A stretch of DNA of 64,000 nucleotides from positions 6,882,001 to 6,946,000 of the forward strand of contig NC_086380.1 in NCBI RefSeq assembly GCF_036588685.1. The letters run 5' to 3'. Positions 38,531-49,700 of the stretch are shown here, in pieces. Origin of the DNA: Mytilus trossulus. Lineage: Eukaryota. Below the pieces are notes generated by a model. The model saw only the letters and a program-made list of their open reading frames with translations, was not told where the DNA came from and did not search any database. Both the position numbers and the translations under genes were made by a program. Numbering within the stretch: position 1 is the first letter of the stretch; every line of letters begins with the position of its first letter.

Positions 38531-41048
38531 GATATTGCTGAAATATTTTATTTTAATATACATGTACATGTTTTCATTTAAAAATCTGTATTTGACGATT
38601 GATTACCTGATATTTGAAACAGATTAAAAATTTCTTACATAAAGAAAGAAAATTATGGATGAAAAGGTGATGTCGATTTTTATTACAAATATGCCGTTTT
38701 TTTTCGATGAAAATGCTCTAACAGAATGACTGAAATAAGCAATTCATACGTTTTTTCTTGAGTCACTAGCAATATGCTTTTGAGATCTGAAAAGATATAA
38801 AAAAAGAATATACTCCGCTTTTTAAATATTTCATGCATACAAAACTTGTAACTTATAACTTTGTGGGGATGAACAGCTCTTCGTGTATGCAAACTTAAAG
38901 GGAATTACTACTCATCATTTTTTAGTTTTAGTAATGTTTTAACTATAAATGCATGCATTAAACAGTTCCAGTTATAATTATCATCATCTACTTACTTTTC
39001 TTGTCCTTTGTCGTAATCTCTTTGCATTTTTTTTATCCTTCCGGAGCACCTAAGAATAATTTCGGTTTTACAGGGTTAGTGTTGCTTAGTCTTTTTTTAT
39101 GTAATTTGTTGTTTTTCGTTTCGTCTCGTTCATTTTGTATGTTTGATCATCCTTTTGATATCTTTGCTTTTGAGCATGTCAATTGCATCATTAAACCTAA
39201 TCTCTCTATTCAGGCATAATGAAAAAGGTCCAGCAATTAATGCTAATTAAAGATGTAAATTAAACACGATTCTAGTGAAAATAAAAAGCGAAGTTACGGG
39301 CTTTCAACAATTACGTCGACCAAAGGTGAGATATTCACCAATACAAGCTGTTCTTTGTCTAACTTCATCACACAAAATGTCCTGGTTGTCTGACATTTCA
39401 GTTTCAGAACATAATACAACACTGAACATATTTTCTACTGATCTTCAATAAAGGGCAACCAAATTGTGACGGCGTCATTAAAGCTCTGAAAAATTACATG
39501 AACTTCGAAAGTAAACTCATATTAGATACCAGGATTGATTTTTTTGTATTTGTGCCAGACGCGCCTTTCGCCTACCAAAAAACTAGTCAATGACGCTCGA
39601 ATAAAATTATTTTGACAACAAACGATACAACATAACACATTTTCAACCGAAACCAAAACCATAACAAAAAAATCAAAAATAAATACATGAAAGTTGGATG
39701 TACAAAATACCGAATCATGTTGTATATCTATACAAATTAACTCTCAATATAACAATCATACTAGAGAATAGGTCTCGTGTGGTATTTATCAGACATACGA
39801 CATGAACGTTTAACCAAAATCTAAGACGTGGTAAAAATGTCATTAGTAATTTTTGACACAGCCACATCGTAAAGTTCAATACATTCGTGATGGTGTCCAT
39901 AAAATGTACGGAGTGTCATTTTAATCTTTCCTCCTTATAACTCTGTTGGAGTACTTTTTGCATAAGGAGCACACTTCTGTTTATGGAGCCTGCACAGTGT
40001 GGACATCAAGAAAGTTCACCATTTTATCTACACAAACATAATTCTTTCGCAAAAGTTAAAATGAGATGGTGGTTCTCGTACAACTTTTGAATACAATAAT
40101 AATGTAGGTTATAAAATTTTAATGATAAAGACTAGTATAATCAAATTCGGCAAATCATTCTTTCGAAAGCTTTAGGTGTGGTGATACTAGCTGAACTCTC
40201 AAACATAGATATTAAAGATTTTTATTTCGTGATAAAAATTGTTTAAAGCTGTAAGAAGTGTTATTTCTGGTTTTGTTTTTATTATACCAGACAGCAGTAT
40301 CTGACTTATGTTAATATCTTGCCTCAGTTTGCTTTCATCCTATCGTAATTCTTCTTTTCATTATCTAAAGGTCTATGGTAATCTTGTTGTTCATACACCA
40401 AAAATGAAAATAGTGTTACGTCAATAGTTGAATTTCCAATTTTTAGGACGTTTTAAACCTATCTAAACGTTTAGTTGTACGCTTTTGAAAATAATACACA
40501 GACTGCATTAAATGCTGAAACGGCGAATTGGTGGTACAGATGTTTATGTCGTGTTGAAGTTTACGACATATGGTATCGACAGGCCAACAAATGAGTGTTG
40601 TCCGCACAAAAAACAAATGATATAATATCCTTACATTTTGTTCCTATGACCTGTTTGACATGTCAAAATATATTAAACATGTTTTCTTAGATGCTCTTTC
40701 TCTTAAATTTGTATAAATCTTTAAGGTGCGGCTTATACTACTTTTTGATATGAAGTTTTTCGGATACATTCTCTACAAAAATTATTACCACAACAGAAAT
40801 CTATAGAGTTTTTAAAGTTTTATGCATATACTATTTAATACCCGATGGACCTTCGTTTACTACATGGATGTATATGAAATATTCAAATAAGTATTTTAAA
40901 GACCTGAATATGCACAAATATTTGCATCATTTTCAGTTTTTTTGCTGCGTGTTTCGGTTTTTAACATAGCGTTATTATCAGTAGACATTCTTGATAATTT
41001 ACATCGAATGGTTCCAAAGAATAAACCATAACCATTCTGCATTAAACT

Positions 41049-41103
41049 CTTATCTGTTGGTTATTAGATAAGAAGTACGACAATGTCACGAATTTCCCTA
41101 TCA
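41049..41103 (+). promoter_or_regulatory. Conserved proximal upstream block of the C1qDC genes with GATA sites and a kB-like site (paralogous block at 30018-30059)
   Basis: ATTAGATAA.AAGTA.GACAATGTCA..AATTTCC.TATCA is conserved 50-90 bp upstream of both ATGs. Confidence 0.4.
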
Positions 41104-41150
41104 GTGAAACAGCGTACATGTGTGTGGGTTATATAATTAACACATTCAAT

Positions 41151-41532
41151 ATGGCTTCACATGTCATAGTTTTACTGCTTGCAGAAGCATTCGTTATTCT
41201 AGCTTTAACAAAATCAGAAAATATCGATCTATATTCTGAAATTTTGGAAATTCAAAAAACGGTGAAAGCGCAAGAAATTGAAATGAAAGCGCAAGGAATT
41301 GAAATCTCTCATTTAAAAGCCACGGTTATAAATCAGCAAAAAGAAATTGAAAGACTAAATGCTATCATAACAAATCTGCAAACAGTAAACAGAGAAATGA
41401 ATGTTGGAGCTAGCCAAACTGACCAGGACAGCATGGTATATGACAACGGAAGGAAACCTGAAACACATGTCAAAAGTTTGCCAACAGGGGACGAAGGACA
41501 CCATGATCAGATTGAAAAGGAAAAACCAAGAG
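41151..41532 (+). CDS. C1q-domain-containing protein B, exon 1 (signal peptide + coiled coil)
   Basis: Paralog of 30105-30453 (MASHVIVLLLAEAFVILALT...EKEKPR G|gtaaat), with one extra heptad. Confidence 0.88.
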
Positions 41533-42479
41533 GTAAATCGAATATTTGTATTCGCCCCAAAACACCATAAATATCACGAGAAGAGATTTTTGTCGGTTAT
41601 TGAAAAATGTTAAAATATAAAACAACAAAACATCGCCGTGTCTCACTCTTATTGCTACTTTTAAGATTCTCGTCATTCAATTACAACCTTGGCAAATACC
41701 GCTTTAACAATTCATAGATGTGAAACCGCGAACTTCAAATTTAGTTACATCATTTAAATGAAAACTTCGGGGAATAGTTATCATAGGAGTACATGTCCGT
41801 TCCTCCTATATGATGTACATAAATAAAAACAATTATCTGAAATAACGACTTATTGAATTTTTTACATAAAAATTATATTCGGGTTTGTAATAACAAGAGC
41901 AACATGATCTGTTAGTCTTTTTTTTATAGCCATAGTGTTGTCAGTTTAATTTAGACTAATAAGTGAGAATGTCCCATTGGTATATTTCGCTTTTCTTTCA
42001 CAAATAACCTTATCAATTTGTTAATTTTTAGTAGACAACGGTCTTTTCCCATGTTGATTGTATTAACTTTAACTTTTTCTTGTTAATTTGTAGTATCCAT
42101 ACAAAGTCTTTAGAATTTGAAGATTTCTTTTTGGACATGTTGGGTATACTTTTATGTATTCCCACTGGGTAATAAAAATCTTAGTTATCTTGATGAGACA
42201 CGGTGTCAAAATTTGTACACCACTATATATCTACAACGTAAATGACAGATTAAACCATCGCTTATTTTATTAATTAATATTACTTTTACTGTTAAATCTG
42301 TTTTTGTTATATCTACTTTACGTGACTCTGCATGTATGTATGCCGTCATACTTTAAACGACAAAATTATTTCTATGTCTACCTGTGCGAATTTTAAAAGC
42401 GCAATTTTACACCAGTACTGAAAACCTTCTATCCTTTACGGGTAGACATTACATAGATATTAAGTCGTATAAGATAAGC

Positions 42480-42865
42480 AAAATGAGTATGTTAAATTTG
42501 ATGTATGCAATTTTGTGCTTCTTCGTGACATTTGTTGTTTTATAGTGATATTAAGCTGATAACACAATATTGGCTGCTGTACCCCTATTTTTAACATTTT
42601 TACTCTTTGAGTATGTTTGTTTTGTTCATGCATCGTTGACAATGTAATGGAATTTGATGCGACTGTCGACTGAGAGGTTTAGCTAGCTATAAAACCAGGT
42701 TCAATCCACCATTTTCTACATTAAAAAATGCCTGTTCCAAGTCAGGACTATGACAGTTGTTATCCATTCGTTTGATGTGTTTGGACTTTTGATTTTGCCT
42801 TTTGATTTTGGATTTTCCTTTTTGAATTTTCCTCGGAGTTCAGTGTTTTTGTGTTTTTACTTTTT
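42480..42865. repeat. High-copy dispersed repeat family 3
   Basis: GAGAGGTTTAGCTAGCTATAAAACCAGGTTCAATCCACCATTTTCTAC...GAATTTTCCTCGGAGTTCAGT. Copies or relatives at ~12555-12825, 16880-17250, 22265-22550, 27940-28105, 38130-38320, 48100-48420, 49445-49650, 50130-50400. Confidence 0.75.
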
Positions 42866-44109
42866 ATTTGCAGTAAATAAAATTCGCTTGTTCGTAAATG
42901 AATTTATTGTCGTAAAAATGTGCTTTTCAATTAAATATCCCTTAGTCAAGGTGAGTATATCCCGATTCGTGTCGTTCAGTTGTGTCACATCCGAAAAAAG
43001 AGCAGACCGCAACACAATATATATTATGATATTGCATGCAATCAACCCCTTTTAAATGCGTCCGCTAATGCATTCTAATCAACAAAAGTAACGATACACA
43101 AGTGTGTAATTTGATTTGCATAACATATCACAGATAGTTAAAACTGTTAAATTATCAAATGCAAAACATTCATTTGTAATCAAATGCATATGATTAAAGA
43201 ATCCGACCAAATTGGAAAGTTAGAATATATCGTATTATCAAACGCAGTGAATCAATTTGTCTTGGCAGAAAATGAAGACAAAAATCAGCACTTAATGTAA
43301 CTACATTACTAGGTTTTACAATTGATATTTTAAAGTTTGGCCTTCTATGTTGTGATGTTACACTATTGTGTCAGATAAGGGAGAAGGTTTGATATCATTA
43401 AAACGTTTAATCCAGCTGCAATTGTTTGTGCCAGTCCTAAGTCAGGAATCTTATCTCCAGTGGTTGTTGTTTGTTGATTTTGTTCATAAGTGTTTCTCAT
43501 TTCTCATTATTTTTATATATATATTATACCGTTGGATTTCCCATTTGAATGGTTTTAAACAAGTAGTTTTTGTGAGGGCCCTTTGTAACTTTCTGGTCGG
43601 TTCCAGCCAAGACTCCGTGTTGAAGACCGTTCCTTGACTTATAACAGTTTACCTTTATAAATTGTGCCTCGGATGCAGAGTTGTCTCATTGGCAATGATA
43701 CCCAATCTACATAGATCTACTTAATTTTGAAGATGACAATTCAGTATTCAAATATCTGCAAAGGGATTTAAAATGTCGAGCAGAACATGTTCAAGTTTAA
43801 AATTATAATATCGATTTATTTTTTTGTGAAAATACGACTTTTGAAAGAACATACATTCACATTTTTTTCCCGTTTGGCCATAAATCGATAATTTTGAAAT
43901 TAACACTCAGTAAATATCAGACCAATTTAGCAATTATTTATCTTGGTACAGTGTATCTGATTTCATCATATATGGAAATTACATTGCTTCGTATCGTTCC
44001 TTTTGTTGACAATCTATATAACATATATGACAGTGTGTCAGGACTGTTTTTATGCGTGATTTTTTGTATACTATTTTGTAATAAAAACATAATTTTGATG
44101 AATTTTCAG

Positions 44110-44525
44110 TAAACCGACTTTTGACAGCAAATATTCCTGTACAACATTCTGCCGTTGCATTTTATGCCCAACTTACTACACCTGAAACAAATGTTGGAAA
44201 GCACCATCCAATAGGATATAACAAACATTCGGGGACATTTACAGCCCCTAAAAGTGGAATATACGTTTTCACTTTCACTCTATTTTCTAGTCGAGGTGGC
44301 GCCATGTTTGTGAATATTTTTAAGAACAGTGAAGTAATTGCCCAGGTTTATACAGAAATGAGAACTGACACATATAGTGGTACAACCCCAGTAGCTGTTA
44401 TTGATATGAACGTTGGAGATATCGCTTTTGTTAGAACCAGTTCCACTGTTCAACCACATGGGGATGTTTATAGTGACGTAAACGTGAAAAGCTCATTTGC
44501 TGGATGGAAAATAGCAGACTCGTGA
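44110..44525 (+). CDS. C1qDC B globular exon 2a, carrying an in-frame 33-nt deletion (possibly non-functional)
   Basis: ttttcag|(V)NRLLTANIPVQHSAVAFYAQL...HHPI^GYNKHSGTFTAPKSGIYVF...SSFAGWKIADS*. Lacks the VFDHVILNVGN present in both paralogous exons. Confidence 0.8.
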
Positions 44526-45654
44526 TTTTGTTTTATAAAGAAGTCACAAATACTTGATGTTTTTTTTATACTTAAAATTTAGACAACCTAACTTTCAGGG
44601 GTTGATCCTAATTGTATTTTTAGTTCCATTAGAAAAATCTTACAAAATAAATTGGATATTGACTTTTAAAATAAAATTTGGAAACAGTTTGAAAGCTTGG
44701 TAATCATAAAAAAACACGTCTTAAGATAAAGGAAACACTATACACAAATTGTAGCTTCGGTAGTTTAAAGGATTAGAATTCATGTTTATGTTCGTATTGT
44801 TATGCGTTTACCTTTCTACATTGGCTAAATGTATAGGGGGAGGGTTGATATTTCATAAAAATGTTTAACCCCGTCGCATTTTTGCGCCGGTCCCAAGTCA
44901 GGGGCCTCTGCTCTTTGTTAGTCTTGTATTATTTTTTATTTTAGTTTCTTGTGTATAATTTGGAGTTTAGTATGGCGTTCATTATCACTAAATTAGTATA
45001 TGTATGTGTTCAGGGGTCAGATGAAAGACGCCTCCGGGTCCTGGAATTTCGCGCTGCATTGAAGACCTATTGGTGACCTTCTACTGTTTGTTCTATGGTC
45101 GGATTATTGTCTCTTTGACACATTCCCCATTTTCATTCTCAATTTTCTGTTTTCCTTAAGAGAACAGCATTTTACGCTTAATTCACAATTTATTCGTAAG
45201 ACAATGCTTGTAGAAAGTCAGGATTTTGACAGTTGTTAATGTTTGATGCCTTGGAGCTTTTGATTTTGCCATTTATTTAGAATTCATTCAGATTTTGGCA
45301 TTTTTGTTCTATCAATACACTTATTCTATAGTATTCAACAAGGGTCTTGTATAGTTCTCGTAGAAACTTCCTAGATAAGACCAATGTATTGATGTGATTA
45401 TAGCGACTTAAATGTTATCTTTTAAGGTTAACAAATGAAACGAAAATATTGTTATAGACAAAAGTTACCATTGGTCGAATGTACTTTTTTAAATGTTCAA
45501 AATGATAGTCTTGATATTCATATAGATACAGTTTTTCCGATGTACCCACTTGTTACTGGTGTTTGTTATGAAAACTAATAACTGAAATCGACACTACATG
45601 CGTATAACGCTCACGAATTGGTTGATGCAAATTATTAAATCAGTAATTTCACTA

Positions 45655-45742
45655 TCAAATAGCGTCACCGATGAGTCTTTTGTAGACGAGACGCGTCTGG
45701 CGTATATACTAAATTTAGTCCTGGTATCTATGATGAGTTTAA
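45655..45742 (+). mobile_element. Retrozyme-family copy with decayed hammerhead (further fragments at ~16305, 21487-21545, 21755-21825, 39512-39600, 48750-48990)
   Basis: CGTCA CCGATGA GTCTTTTGTAGAC GAGA CGCGTC TGGCG followed by ...cctggtatctatgatgagttt. Confidence 0.7.
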
Positions 45743-46333
45743 TTAAAAGCTTTACACATCACACAGACATAAAGAATTGGTTTGCAAGATTGGATGTATA
45801 CAGTTGGGGCACTTAGCGAACTCCATAATATTATGGAATTGGCTCAATTCGACAGCTTTATGAAAATCCATAATATTATGAGATTAAATAATATTTCCAG
45901 TAATATTATACGAGTCCATAATTTTAAATATTATTGAATCTCATAATTAAGTATGGAAAAATATAATTTTGATATGTCCGAAAAACTGTTTTTTGGGCAC
46001 TACTGACAAGTTCCGTAATTTATTGTTCTTAGAATGCTTATTTTATAATCATCTATTGATTATATTCATCCGACAATAGTCGCCGTCCTCACGTCAAACT
46101 TATAAATGCTTACGTCTTCACCGTCTTTCATCGTATATGTAAACCATGTAATACGAATTGAAAAGCACATCGTTATTTTACGCGGACGCTGTACTAAAGC
46201 TTAAAAATGTACATACAATATGGTTAAAATCATCAATTCTTTAAAATAAACTTATTGTAGATAGCTACTAAATTCAATATGAACTAGACGTCACTAATTT
46301 ATCTGACTGTTGATGACGTCTTTACAATTTCAG

Positions 46334-46782
46334 TAAGACGTTAACTCACAGCAAATGTTCCTGTTCAACCTTCCTCTGTTGCATTTTATGCCAAGCTTTC
46401 AACAAGCGAACAAAATATCGGAATGCACCATCCAATAGTATTTGATCATGTGATCTTAAACGTGGGAAACGGTTATAACAAACATTCGGGGGCATTTACA
46501 GCCCCTAAAAGTGGAATCTACGTTTTCACTTCCCTTCTCTTCCCTAGTCGAGGTGGCAACATGGCAGTGAATATTTTCAAGAACAGTGAAGCTATTGCTC
46601 AGATTTTTACAGAGGCGGGAACTGACACGTTTAGTGGAACAACTCCAGTAGCTGTCGTTGAGATGAATGTTGGAGATATCGTTTTTGTCCGAACCAGTTC
46701 TATTTTTCAACCACATGGGGATGTAAATAGTAATGTAAACCAAAAAAGTTCATTTGCTGGATGGAAAATAGCAGACTTATGA
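46334..46782 (+). CDS. C1qDC globular exon 2b, with no leader exon of its own; in-frame TAA at 46342 unless the acceptor at 46351 is used
   Basis: tttcag|TA AGA CGT TAA CTC ACA GCA..., followed by a complete gC1q domain (VAFYAKL...IVFDHVILNVGNGYNKHSGAFTAPKSGIYVF...SSFAGWKIADL*). Confidence 0.75.
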
Positions 46783-49700
46783 TTGTTTAATAAAATAGTA
46801 ACTCATACTAAAGTCTGTTTGTTATTTGAACATGAATCTATAAATAATTATTTTTTCATAGTTCACGGGTTAGTGTTGAGCTACTAGTAGCATTATCTAT
46901 AAAGTTGATTATGAAATAGACTGCAAATAAAAGGACAACCGATGCCCCTCTCTTCTTAATATTAATATATCATAATAAATGGGTTGTATACTTCGGTAAC
47001 TACTAGTATACGATTTTAAAATAATTTTAAAACCATCATTTTAAAATGGTCTGTTGGACTATGTTATTCGAAACATACATGGTTTCCTTGTTTACTTTTA
47101 AAAGAACTGGATATGTTGATAATATTAGAGGCTTGACACGCTAATATTACAAAACAAACTTTGTTGGTTGAATAAGAAATATAAAAAAAATACAGTAATT
47201 TCAACAATGCCCTTGTGTTCATGTTATGTGAACTTCCTGAATAAATGATTGGTGTCTTATGATGATTGTGGAGTTACATAACAGTTTTTGAATTTATTAC
47301 AGGTATTCATATAGCAGTAGACGATTGCCCATTTTGCAGCAACTGTCTCACCCCTTTTGGACTTAATTTGACACTTTCGGATTGAGTGAGTTACTTTGAA
47401 TTGATTCATTTGGTCGACCATGTGATTTGAACATCCGTTAGCTAAATTGATAACAGAATATTTTACCATTTTAGTTTGGCGTGTGGTTTTCTTGACATCT
47501 TGTTAATCTAGCTGCATATTACTTGATTTTGGTGATATTCTATCCTGAACTTCTTCTGACTAGCTTTTTTTCTATACGAAGAACTGTACCAGTGACGTGA
47601 CGTACACAGAAAGTAGTGAAACGAAGTTGGTAAAGCTTTTGTTTCCATTCAAACATTCACACCAATTTTACTAAAAATCATTGCTGTGTACTGTTATCAT
47701 CAATCGCTTGCCAAAAAAAAGGTGCACGTCATATCATGAATCGGATGGATCTGCTTCGTTTTGACTGCTAATTTCACTTATGCTAGGATCTATTGATTAT
47801 TGACTTCTTAGTGTTTTCAGGTAAGATCAGATTTTTATATGAAAATTCATTGAATAGTAGTCTCGCCCTTGTATTTTTCTTTGTTTTGAGGGTAAATAAA
47901 TTTGTCGTTGTTTTACATTTTTCTTTGCTATCGCTTTTACAGTTTGTTTGTCAGCGACTTACGATTTTGACAGAATCATTTATGTATACAGACTCCCTCT
48001 GTCTAGTTATCTGTTCGTGATGAGGCGAAGTAGTTCCATTAAACATGGTAATGCCATTATTCATAGACTAACGGTATAGACACACTTGAGGTCATAAAGA
48101 ACAGTCGCATCAAATTCCATTATATTGACAACGATGTGTGAACAACACAAACAGACATAATTGGTAAAAATATCAAAAATAGTCAACATTGTGATATAAT
48201 TTTTAACACTACAAAAACAAACAAATATGTCATCAACGAAACACAAAAAAAATATATATAGGAAGCAATTTACAAAAACATGAACGACAAGAATACAAAA
48301 ATTTACCATAGCGCAATAACACAATGACGGGACGTATTAGTTCCGAGCAACGTCAAATGGATTTACCAAAATAATTGTAAAAGTAATATTCACAAAGACA
48401 AATAAAAGAATACTGTAACACGTAATTAAAAGGATAGATAACGTCACTACCTAAAAAGGTTAAGGGTTATGGTTAGAGTAAGGGTTATGGTGAGATTCAA
48501 GGGTTCAGGTTAACTCTAACTTCAATACCAGCATGTAATATTTGTGAAGTTGATACGTTATATGTATCAACACTTATTGGAACCTTCCCATGAACTTTTG
48601 TTTTAGGAAAAGGACAAGAAGTTCTTTGATTTACCACTGGTTCGTCGACTTTTTGCTGAGATACTTGTGACGTTTTCCAAAGCATGAGTAGCAGCTGCAA
48701 GGTTTAAATTTGTTAACCGAATAAGTTGGAAAATCAGTTTATCAATGATAATTTATGTCAACATAGACTACTACTGGGCTAGTGGTACCCTCGGGGAATT
48801 AAAACTCCACCAGCATAGTCATCAAACAAGTGGTTGTGAATAAAACATCATAGATACTAGGATTTACATTTTGCTTACAAAATAATCATCAGTGACGCTC
48901 GACAGAAAAGTTAAAACAGACAAATACAGTACAAAGATGATAAGCATTGAGGACAACAATTTCCTTAAAGTTTAGAACTAAATACAGCTAATAATGGATG
49001 TTTTCTACTTTGATTTTGTCCGCTTAATTCTTCTTTTCTTTTCATATATGTTATGTATATTGTAAAAAGACTTTTTTTAATCTTGTAAACTCCAAATATG
49101 CAATAATAAAACTACAGTACTGAATTTCAAAGTACACTTTTAGCATGTAGCCTTTCAGTACTGATTTACAAGAGAGTCGAAATGTACAGTAAACATTTGA
49201 TTTAATTCTAAGTAGTGCAGTCGCCTTTTATGCAACGTCAGATATTGCTACCATTTAGTGTAACAGAAAAATTACGTTAATCAGGAAACGCACACTATTT
49301 AATGTTGTTGGATAAATGCAAAATATTAAACCAAACCCACAATTTCTGTGTGATTCCAATATAATATGATTTTATAATTTACAAATGATATTAGATCTTA
49401 TTGTCAGTGATTTTGTTGGAATATTTTCGTATTAAAAACGATAAAAGCGGGAGCTTTCGCTAGCCACAAAATCAGGTTCAATCCACCATTTTTTTCTGGA
49501 AAAAATGTCCTGTACCAAGTCAGGAAAATGGCAATTTTTATCGTACAGCTTGTTTTTGTGTGGGTGTTTCGTTGTCGTTTTTGTTTATTTCTGTATTTCT
49601 CTGTCCTGTTTGTTCTTTCATTTATTTGAATTGTAGTCCTGTCATGTAATATTATGATTTTTTTTAACAACATAATTAAATATCTATTTCAAATATTGGC

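Noticed and set aside
48455-48520. Telomere-like GGTTA(G/A)GG repeats
   Set aside because: Short and highly degenerate, with no perfect TTAGGG run; not supportable as an interstitial telomere.
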